Source of the DNA: Candidatus Methanoperedens sp.
GTDB taxonomy: Archaea > Halobacteriota > Methanosarcinia > Methanosarcinales > Methanoperedenaceae
Length of the DNA: 32,000 nucleotides
NCBI GenBank assembly: GCA_027460535.1
Contig: JAPZAR010000022.1
Span: 60,001 to 92,000 of the forward strand
Direction of reading: 5' to 3'
The notes under the pieces are model-generated. The model saw only the letters and a program-made list of their open reading frames with translations, was not told the DNA's origin and did no database searches. Positions 23,408 to 31,078 of the stretch are shown piece after piece; the stretch's first letter is position 1; every line of letters starts with the position of its first letter. The position numbers and the translations under genes are program-made.

Positions 23408-24304
23408 ATGATATCAAATAAAATCGTGTTGTGTATCTTAATGATACTCCTTGGCATCGGAGCCGCAAGCGCGGACACTCTAAACGTTGGGCAGGGACAG
23501 ACCTATCCTACGATCCAGTCAGCAATAGATTCAGCAAAAACTGGCGATGTGATCTCGGTAGGAGAAGGAACATTCTCTGAGAACCTTGTTATAAAAAAGA
23601 ACGGTATATCGATCACAGGGAAGAACGGGGAAAAAACAATTATCGATGGCAGGAAAATCGGCAGCGGCATCAAGATAGATGGTTCAAATAACGTCAGGAT
23701 CAGCGGGTTGACAGTGCAGAACAGCGGTGGAAGCGGACAGGACGATGCTGGAATAAGTCTTTACAGGGCGAATAATAATGTTGTAATAAATACAATTCTT
23801 ATAAACAATGCGGTAGGTATTTCGATATATTCTGGAAGCAATAATAATACAGTGTCGGGCAATGAGATATCATCAAATGGTAATTATGGTATTTTCATAT
23901 TCTCATCCAATGATAATAACATATACAACAATAACATCCAGGGAAACAAAAAATTCGGGCTATATGCAGATTCAGCGCGCACAAACCACATATATTCCAA
24001 TAATTTTATAGACGATCAGGCGTATGATAACAGCGGATTAAATTCATGGGATGGGGACAAATCAGGCAATTACTGGAGCACATACAAGAAAGGAAGCGGT
24101 CCAAACCTTATACCAGGCGGGGCAAAAGCACAGGATAATTACCCACTCTCAGGTGCGGTTACAATAAAAACGGAGGAAGTTCCTGCATCTCCTGAAAAAT
24201 CTGTAGCTAATGCGGAAACTAAAAAATCCACGCCTGGATTTTCAGGCATTGCAGTTCTGGTCTCCGTTATCATTCTGGTCTTAACGGGCAGGAAAACAAG
24301 ATGA
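23408..24304 (+). CDS. Surface protein with right-handed parallel beta-helix (NosD/CASH-like) repeats and a PGF-CTERM anchor signal
   Basis: It has a signal peptide (ILMILLGIGAASA), N/G/I-rich ~22-aa beta-helix repeats, and a C-terminal TPGFSGIAVLVSVIILVLTGRKTR, which matches a PGF-CTERM archaeosortase A sorting signal. SD GGAGGG precedes the ATG. Confidence 0.85.
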   Translation: MISNKIVLCILMILLGIGAASADTLNVGQGQTYPTIQSAIDSAKTGDVISVGEGTFSENLVIKKNGISITGKNGEKTIIDGRKIGSGIKIDGSNNVRISGLTVQNSGGSGQDDAGISLYRANNNVVINTILINNAVGISIYSGSNNNTVSGNEISSNGNYGIFIFSSNDNNIYNNNIQGNKKFGLYADSARTNHIYSNNFIDDQAYDNSGLNSWDGDKSGNYWSTYKKGSGPNLIPGGAKAQDNYPLSGAVTIKTEEVPASPEKSVANAETKKSTPGFSGIAVLVSVIILVLTGRKTR

Positions 24305-24307
24305 TCG

Positions 24308-24349
24308 CCGGATTTATTCTCTGAAAAGGGATAATCCGGGAACATTTTT
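24308..24349 (+). terminator. Hairpin plus T5 between convergent genes
   Basis: CCGGATT (24308-24314) pairs with AATCCGG (24333-24339) and is followed by a T5 run at 24345-24349. It starts 4 nt after the stop of the beta-helix protein gene. Confidence 0.4.
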
Positions 24350-24365
24350 CTTGACATTAAAATTT

Positions 24366-27101
24366 TTATTTCTCCCCTGATACGGGTATCGTAAAGGTAA
24401 ATGTACTGCCCTTTCCGTACTCGCTCTCGGCAGTGATTTTCCCCCCCTGCATCTCAACGAGCTGCTTTGTGATAGCAAGTCCAAGACCTGTCCCATCATA
24501 TTTTCGAGATAATCCTTTATCAAGCTGCTCGAACTTCTGGAAAAGCCTGGTCATATCTTCCTTCTTTATTCCTATGCCCGTATCAGAAACTGAAATTCTG
24601 ACCATATCCCCATCTTTCTTCGTCGATAGCCTAATAGTTCCTCCCTCCTCCTTGCTGAATTTCAAAGCGTTGCTGAGCAGGTTAAAGATTATCTGCTTGA
24701 ATTTCTGTCTGTCTGATTTTATCACAAGATGGCTTTCAAATTCTTTTTCCAGGACTATCTTACGGCTTGCAGCTTTTTCTTTGAAAAGATCGAGAATCTC
24801 GATTATGGCATCCTTTGCAGATATGTCTTCTGTTACCATTTCCAGCTTTCCTGCTTCCAATTTTGCAAGGTCAAGCATGCTGTTGATAAGGGAAAGCAGG
24901 TGATTGCTGCTTGCATGAATACTGTCTACATAGGCCATCTGCTTCATATTCAATTTACCGTGACCCATTTCCTTTAGAAGTATTGAATACCCGATTACTG
25001 AAGTCAGAGGTGTCCTGAGCTCATGGCTCATAATGGTCAAAAACTCAGACCTTGCCTTGCTTGCACTTATCAGACGTTCATTTTCAATGCGTAATTCATC
25101 CATTTTTTTGCGCTCTGTGATATCCTCGATGACAAGAAGGATCATCTGCTTATCGATGGTATCCCTGTAGATCCGCCGGGCGTTGAGCACCATTGTCTTT
25201 CGCCCTATGAGGGGGAATTCGTGCTCAACCTCAAAATCTATGAACTGATTGTTCTCCGGGATAATTTCTTCAAGAAGTTCTCTGAGCTTTGGAATATCCC
25301 ATTGGCCGTTCCCGAGGTCGTAGATCAATTTATTGTTCGTCTCTTCTATCGAGACCTTGAAGGTTTTATAAAATTCATGATTTGCTGTCTTTATATGCAG
25401 GTTCTTATCCAGGATCAAGAATGGCTCCTGTATTGAATCCACGATGCTCTCCGCGTATTTTAGAGCCTCCTGTATGACTTGCTCCATCTCGATACGTTCG
25501 GTCACATCAGTAAGAGACAGCACCATCCTGTCTATATATCCGGAATTATCCTTAATGGGTGTAAGTGTCCAGTCCCAATATGTAACGCCCCGCCAGGGCT
25601 GGTCAATGAACTCGAAGGGCTTTGCTTTGAACTCCATTTCATTTCCAGTATCTCTCACTTTTTCAAATATCGCCCTATTTTCCGGATTTGGAAAAAACTC
25701 AAAATGGTTATGCCCTATCAACTCTTCCTTGCTGTGACCAGAGCCCCTTGCAAAGGCTGAGTTTACCCTTATGAAATTGAATTTCGGGTCAAGGTAGGCA
25801 AGCTGGGTAGCGGTATTCTCCATGATTACGTTGAGCGTATCCCTTTCCTTCTTCAGCAATAGGGCCAGATTCTCCGCATGCTGCTGCTGATCAAGTATCC
25901 CCTCGATCAGACGCTCCCGTTCTTCTTCAGCCCGCTTCCGATCAGTTACATCCCAGAAAATGCCAAGTATACCTGCCATATTCCCATTCTCATCTATGAC
26001 AGGCGTTTTTACCGTATTAATAAAATGTTCCTTTCCATCCAGAATATATTTCTCTTCTATTTCTTCTGTCTTACCCGACTCAATAATTCGTTTGTCGTCC
26101 GCTATGTATTTTTCAGCCAGATCCCTGGTGTGAAAGTCATAATCCGTCTTCCCGGCAATCTCATACGGTCTGATCTTTAAATCGCGTGCGTAGTTCTCGT
26201 TGCACGACAAATAAATTGAATGAACGTCTTTATAAAATATTTTTTGTGGAAGATTTTCAAGCAGCGTTCTGTACGTGTTCTCACTTGCCTGAAGCGCCTC
26301 CTCGATTTTTCTGCGCTCCTTTATCTCAGTCCGTAATGCTTCATTGGCCTCCCCCAGTTCTTTTGTTCTTTCCTCCACCCGTATTTCCAATTCTTCCTGA
26401 GCCCTGCGCAGCTCCTCTTCTGCTTTCTGGCGATCCTGGACATTATTCAGCAGCCTTTTTACTTCATCAGAGATCTGTTGCTCTTTTGGTTTTAAGAATT
26501 CATCAGGCGGAATGTAATATGAATTATCAAAGATCATTGATCCGTATATTATAGTTGGATGGGTACGGATCACATCAAGGATAATTTCGGGTGTAAAACG
26601 GTTCCTGTTATACTGGCAGATTGCAACGATGTCGTTATCGGAAAATAAATGGTTCAATTTTGCCTCATATTCCATCAGCCGGTCAGCGCCCATCTCGCTC
26701 CCAAGTGCCCATGTCATTTCCCCGGCGATCCGAAGTGCTTTGAAGCCCGCTGCCTTTGTTGAACTTACTTGTTCCCTGAGGAACTGTATCATTAGATCAG
26801 GATCAAAATACCCGTTCCTAAGATACGATTCGCGCTTGGTAACGACCGCTAAGGCTTTCGACCTGATGGCTGAATCTGTATCAATGCCTTCGGTACGCAT
26901 GGCCTCAAGAACAGCAGCAGCGGTGTTATCATCCGCTATGTATAGGCATTTCTCATCCCGATCCAACCCGATTCTTATGAATGATAACGCTGTCGCTTTC
27001 TGTTCTTCAAGGGATTCATAAATCAGGCAAAGATGGTCATGTGAAGAAAGTTTTTCCAGTTCATTGAAAAGCCTGGATTTATAGTTTCTTGATTCGGTCA
27101 T
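24366..27101 (-). CDS. Sensor histidine kinase: N-terminal MEDS domain, coiled coil, multiple PAS domains, HisKA and HATPase_c
   Basis: 911 aa. HDHLCLIYESLEEQKATALSFIRIGLDRDEKCLYIADD matches MEDS. The H-box is FLTIMSHELRTPL. The N and G boxes are SNALKF, DTGIGI and GTGLGL. Several PAS-like segments separate these regions. Confidence 0.92.
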   Translation of the reverse strand: MTESRNYKSRLFNELEKLSSHDHLCLIYESLEEQKATALSFIRIGLDRDEKCLYIADDNTAAAVLEAMRTEGIDTDSAIRSKALAVVTKRESYLRNGYFDPDLMIQFLREQVSSTKAAGFKALRIAGEMTWALGSEMGADRLMEYEAKLNHLFSDNDIVAICQYNRNRFTPEIILDVIRTHPTIIYGSMIFDNSYYIPPDEFLKPKEQQISDEVKRLLNNVQDRQKAEEELRRAQEELEIRVEERTKELGEANEALRTEIKERRKIEEALQASENTYRTLLENLPQKIFYKDVHSIYLSCNENYARDLKIRPYEIAGKTDYDFHTRDLAEKYIADDKRIIESGKTEEIEEKYILDGKEHFINTVKTPVIDENGNMAGILGIFWDVTDRKRAEEERERLIEGILDQQQHAENLALLLKKERDTLNVIMENTATQLAYLDPKFNFIRVNSAFARGSGHSKEELIGHNHFEFFPNPENRAIFEKVRDTGNEMEFKAKPFEFIDQPWRGVTYWDWTLTPIKDNSGYIDRMVLSLTDVTERIEMEQVIQEALKYAESIVDSIQEPFLILDKNLHIKTANHEFYKTFKVSIEETNNKLIYDLGNGQWDIPKLRELLEEIIPENNQFIDFEVEHEFPLIGRKTMVLNARRIYRDTIDKQMILLVIEDITERKKMDELRIENERLISASKARSEFLTIMSHELRTPLTSVIGYSILLKEMGHGKLNMKQMAYVDSIHASSNHLLSLINSMLDLAKLEAGKLEMVTEDISAKDAIIEILDLFKEKAASRKIVLEKEFESHLVIKSDRQKFKQIIFNLLSNALKFSKEEGGTIRLSTKKDGDMVRISVSDTGIGIKKEDMTRLFQKFEQLDKGLSRKYDGTGLGLAITKQLVEMQGGKITAESEYGKGSTFTFTIPVSGEK

Positions 27102-27317
27102 AAATTACTATATTTTGCTATTCTTTCTTTTAACGAGAATTAAGCTATCTTCGCCAGATAGATTTGTCCATCCATAGAAGGGTTAATTGTTCCTTCTGAT
27201 TATAAAGCTTTTTTATCAATCGTTTAAAAATAAACGAATCAATTAGAAAGTTTTAAATACCATTATGTCATTGTACAATTTTGTCTGCGATAATGAACCA
27301 AGGGAGCGGGATTTATC

Positions 27318-27353
27318 GTGCCCCTGTCCTGCATCGGATGCAGTGCGGGGCAC
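27318..27353. promoter_or_regulatory. GC-rich two-tier stem-loop in the divergent region upstream of a small ORF
   Basis: GTGCCCC-tgtc-CTGCAT-cgg-ATGCAG-tgc-GGGGCAC gives 13 bp in total around a small internal loop. It lies ~28 nt upstream of the SD AGGAGG (27381-27386), and the surrounding sequence is AT-rich. Confidence 0.3.
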
Positions 27354-27394
27354 ATTCCCAATTTAATCGCGGGCAGATACAGGAGGCCAAGAAA

Positions 27395-27616
27395 ATGGAA
27401 GAAACGAATGAAGCCAGGATCAAAAACCTTTTGAATGATGTGAATAAGGAATTTAAGGGACTTAACCATTACCATCAGGCCAAATTCGCGATAGAGCAGA
27501 TAAGCCAGTGGCAGAAGAAGTTCAATGAGGCTAAGGTCAAGATATCAAGAGAAAACATTGTTGATGCGACGCCCGCGGGAATGATGATAAGTCAATATCC
27601 TGAAATAGAAGCATAA
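27395..27616 (+). CDS. Small hypothetical helical protein (73 aa)
   Basis: The ATG at 27395 is preceded by AGGAGG at an 8-nt spacing. The product MEETNEARIKNLLNDVNKEFKGL... is predicted helical. The longer ORF-track version (27281) would run through the GC-rich hairpin. Confidence 0.4.
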   Translation: MEETNEARIKNLLNDVNKEFKGLNHYHQAKFAIEQISQWQKKFNEAKVKISRENIVDATPAGMMISQYPEIEA

Positions 27617-27861
27617 ATGTTTGAAAATCAAGAAGAACTCCTCAATTCTCTATTTTTCGATCCAGTAATACCCTCAAGACAACCAGAGGAAGTCTTGGAG
27701 AGAATCCAGGTAGGAAAGAGTGGCGCTCCTTAAAGCCGGTTTCACAAGTAAGGATATCGAGTCCAATTACCTCCGGCTCAAAGGTATCTTTATTGTGATG
27801 TGAACTGGGAGGATTCGCCATCTTCCGGTCCTACTTGAACCGCTAACTTTTTTCTTAACGA

Positions 27862-28452
27862 TCAATCAATGCTTACGGGTTTCAACCTGAGTTTGATCCT
27901 TGCTTTTAATTCTCTGGGGTCAAAAGGCTTTACGATATAATCATCTACACCCAGGCCCATTGCTGTGAGCTTATCCTCTATACTGGTTTTGGCGGACAAT
28001 ATTATAATAGGAATCTTTTTTGTGGATTCGTGTTTCTTAAGCTCCTCGCATACCTTATATCCATCCATGTCGGGCATCATAATGTCAAGGATAAGCATAT
28101 CAGGCGATTCTGCGAATACCATCCCAAGAGCTTCCTTTCCATTCACGGCTTCCAAAATCTCGAATTGTTCGGGGTCGAACGAATCCCTGATAATGGTTAT
28201 TACATTCTTGTCATCATCAGCGACCAGTAATTTCATCGTTTTGATATTCTTTATATTTTGACCTTTTTCTTCTTTCAAAAACCAGATTTTCGCAGTCCCT
28301 ATCTCTTCGAAATCTACCAGGTTTTTTTCTTTAAGCATCTCAAGGTATTTCAGGGCTGTCACTTTGCTCATATTGACCTTGGCAACTACCTCGCTGGTTG
28401 TCAGTTTTCCTTTTTTAATTGCAGTAAGCAATTCCTTTTCACGCCAGTGCAT
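27862..28452 (-). CDS. Response regulator with an N-terminal winged-helix domain and a C-terminal receiver domain
   Basis: 196 aa. LTTSEVVAKVNMSKVTALKYLEMLKEKNLV is an HTH. The receiver domain shows VADDD, LILDIMMPDMDG (phospho-acceptor Asp), LSAK and YIVKPF. Confidence 0.85.
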   Translation of the reverse strand: MHWREKELLTAIKKGKLTTSEVVAKVNMSKVTALKYLEMLKEKNLVDFEEIGTAKIWFLKEEKGQNIKNIKTMKLLVADDDKNVITIIRDSFDPEQFEILEAVNGKEALGMVFAESPDMLILDIMMPDMDGYKVCEELKKHESTKKIPIIILSAKTSIEDKLTAMGLGVDDYIVKPFDPRELKARIKLRLKPVSID

Positions 28453-28562
28453 ATAGAGCTCATTTAAATTTGAATGAACTATATATTCATTTTTACTATT
28501 TCAATTTTTGGATAAGGAGATTTATATTTATAAAAAGTTAAAGTCGAATCCCGAAATGTTTC

Positions 28563-29051
28563 TCATTCTGGGATTTTACTTTCGATTTTTTCGGCGAGAC
28601 CTGTGATGTGGTCGATATTTTCCGCCTTCTCAATTTTATATTTGCCGCTTATCGCTGCAAAAAATGTGTTTTTTAAAAAAAGTATATTATAGGTGATCCC
28701 GTCACTTTGGTTTTTCTTGAACATGATGGAGTCATCACCCAACATTTTTCCCTTTAAAGGTCTTCCATAGTTATTCTTCTTGAAATAATTCACGTCTGCT
28801 TTGTAGGCCAGAGCCGCCCCGTTTCTTTCCTGGTATGTCGTAATTACCTGGACTATCACATCTTTCTTATCCCGCAAAAGAGCGCTAAAACACCCTTCAA
28901 GGAACTTCCATTCTCTCAGTTCATCAGTAGTCGCATAATTAAAACACAATTCAGGCTCCGTCGCGAGAGTGCATACGTTCTCATAGACCGTTTCCAGCCC
29001 TTCTCCCGCTTCGGCCTCTGTAAGTGCTATATCAATAGAACGTTTTGCCAT
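28563..29051 (-). CDS. Hypothetical protein (162 aa from the first ATG)
   Basis: It is a long ORF with no family I recognise. The ORF-track start at 29096 is a GTG, and the first ATG is at 29051. It has low G+C like the neighbouring response regulator gene. Confidence 0.5.
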   Translation of the reverse strand: MAKRSIDIALTEAEAGEGLETVYENVCTLATEPELCFNYATTDELREWKFLEGCFSALLRDKKDVIVQVITTYQERNGAALAYKADVNYFKKNNYGRPLKGKMLGDDSIMFKKNQSDGITYNILFLKNTFFAAISGKYKIEKAENIDHITGLAEKIESKIPE

Positions 29052-29169
29052 TTTTTTACCAATAAAAGCGTAAGTTAGATATGAAAGTATCGACACCTTA
29101 ATCGATAGAATAAAATAGATAGAATAACTTATTAATATCCTGTATTATTAGGTAACGAGGAGGCTTAAA

Positions 29170-29907
29170 ATGTTTAAGGCGGTAATAGGCGCAGAAAAAT
29201 TAAAGGATGCGATTGAATCGATATCAACACTTGTAGATGAAGCTAAATTCAGACTCAACCCGGACGGGATATCAGTAAGGGCCGTTGACCCTGCGAACGT
29301 TGCCATGGTAAGTCTTGATATTGCAAAAGATGCCTTTGACTCTTTTGAAGCTACGGAAGGGGAGCTCGGTATCGACCTGACAAAATTGAACGGTATAATG
29401 GAGATGGCAGAAAAGGGTGACAATATCGAACTTGAGCTGGATGAGACGGCTCATAAACTCATCCTTCGCATGCGCGGGCTTTCCTATACAATGTCACTGC
29501 TTGATCCTTCTTCTATCAGGAAGGAGCCAAAGGTGCCAGCTCTTGATCTCCCCGGCCGCATCGTGATCAGAGGGGAAGACCTGAAACGGGCGGTAAAAGC
29601 TGCTGAGAAAGTTAGCGATTATATGTCCATGGGGATAATGGGTGATACCTTTTTCATGGAAGCAGATGGGGATACAGATAACGTTCGTCTTGAGATGACA
29701 AAAGACCAGTTAATAGAAATTAAACCAGGAGATGCAAAATCCTTATTCTCACTTGATTATCTCTCTGATATGAGCAAGATACTTGGTAAAGCCAGCGAGA
29801 TCACTATTGACATAGGAAAGGATTACCCTCTTAAGATCAGATTCAAGATCGCAGAAGGTCATGGTGACGTCAGTTATATGCTCGCTCCGAGGGTTGAATC
29901 TGAGTAG
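29170..29907 (+). CDS. pcn: DNA polymerase sliding clamp PCNA
   Basis: 245 aa. MFKAVIGAEKLKDAIESISTLVDEAKFRLNPDGISVRAVDPANVAMVSLDI is the typical archaeal PCNA N-terminus. SD AGGAGG lies upstream of the ATG. Confidence 0.93.
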   Translation: MFKAVIGAEKLKDAIESISTLVDEAKFRLNPDGISVRAVDPANVAMVSLDIAKDAFDSFEATEGELGIDLTKLNGIMEMAEKGDNIELELDETAHKLILRMRGLSYTMSLLDPSSIRKEPKVPALDLPGRIVIRGEDLKRAVKAAEKVSDYMSMGIMGDTFFMEADGDTDNVRLEMTKDQLIEIKPGDAKSLFSLDYLSDMSKILGKASEITIDIGKDYPLKIRFKIAEGHGDVSYMLAPRVESE

Positions 29908-29909
29908 GC

Positions 29910-30953
29910 ATGGATGTTTTTGATTTTGCAAATTTTCCTTTTATTAATGGCGCTCTAAAATATGTAGAAAACCTGGATTTCAAACTCGATGAGCTTTTTT
30001 CAGACAGGGCCTTCGAGCAAATAAGGGAGCGGGGGAAAGGTCGCGTGCTTGAATCTATCGGAGATGGCATACTCAAACCTCTGTGCACCGATCGGATAAG
30101 TGCGGAAAAAGAACTATTATCTTATCCTGTTGCCAGGATACTCGTTTCTTGCATCAATGACGCGTATCTTATTCGGAGATATGCGCTTGCAGAAGCGAAA
30201 TCTTCGTATGGGCAGGTAAAGAAACTGCCACATGCATCCCTTAAAGAGTTTGCCCTGGATTTCGATATCGATGCTGGGATCGATGAGAGAGGATACCTGG
30301 TGTATTTTACCCACTATATCAGGTATGCCAGTTCCATTCACGAACATGAATGGAAGCTGATAAACAGGAAAATGAATCGAGGGTGGGTACATCTCACGAA
30401 GGAAGAGCTCTCGAGGATTCTGGAAGAAGCCATAAAAAAAAGGATAGAATCAAGCCTGCCGCTCGATGTTCCACCAGGGATTTGTGCGGCTCTTGAGATT
30501 TACCTCGCTGATATCCGCAATAACCTTAGCGTGCGCAAATCAGAGTTCAGCATAGAAGAATTTAAAGAGATAATGCCCGACTGCTTTCCTCCATGCATTA
30601 TGCATGCCCTGTCAAATGTGAAGGCAGGAATGAACCTGGCTCATTCGATGCGTTTTGCGCTCACCTCTTTTCTGCTGAACGTGGGAATGAACACCGAAGG
30701 CATCATGGAAATGTTCAAAGTCTCACCCGATTTTGATGAGGAACGCACAAGGTACCAGGTGATGCATATCCACGGAGCCACCGGTACAGCTTACAAATCC
30801 CCGTCGTGTGCGACCATGACAACATACGGGAATTGTTTTGGCAGGGAGCCGCTGTGCGATCGGATCTCGCATCCGCTTTCCTATTACCGGAGAAAAGCGT
30901 GGATCCTGAAAAAAAAAGCTGACAATTCAAGAAAAAATAATGATAAGGATTAA
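29910..30953 (+). CDS. priL: DNA primase large (regulatory) subunit PriL
   Basis: 347 aa. It starts 2 nt after the pcn stop. The C-terminal Fe-S domain cysteines are present (DCFPPC, SPSCATM, GNCFG, PLCDRI). Confidence 0.88.
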   Translation: MDVFDFANFPFINGALKYVENLDFKLDELFSDRAFEQIRERGKGRVLESIGDGILKPLCTDRISAEKELLSYPVARILVSCINDAYLIRRYALAEAKSSYGQVKKLPHASLKEFALDFDIDAGIDERGYLVYFTHYIRYASSIHEHEWKLINRKMNRGWVHLTKEELSRILEEAIKKRIESSLPLDVPPGICAALEIYLADIRNNLSVRKSEFSIEEFKEIMPDCFPPCIMHALSNVKAGMNLAHSMRFALTSFLLNVGMNTEGIMEMFKVSPDFDEERTRYQVMHIHGATGTAYKSPSCATMTTYGNCFGREPLCDRISHPLSYYRRKAWILKKKADNSRKNNDKD

Positions 30954-30969
30954 ATCAAGCAACAACCCT

Positions 30970-30986
30970 GTTTTTTCTTCGTTTCT
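30970..30986 (+). terminator. Oligo-T tract after priL
   Basis: cTGTTTTTTCTTCGTTTC begins 15 nt after the priL stop, with a T6 run at 30971-30976. Confidence 0.35.
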
Positions 30987-31078
30987 CAATATCCCTGGTT
31001 CCATGCTTGAAAGGATGTTTCCGGTGGATATTCCCGGACGATCATGAAACAAGTGATTTTCACAAAACATATATCCAG

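Noticed and set aside
27145-27237. Short palindromes CTATCT-TCGCC-AGATAG (27145-27161) and TCGTTTA-AAAA-TAAACGA (27220-27237) upstream of the kinase gene
   Set aside because: These are 6-7 bp AT-rich stems in an AT-rich promoter region, so they are plausible by chance. They are not reported as sites without comparative support.
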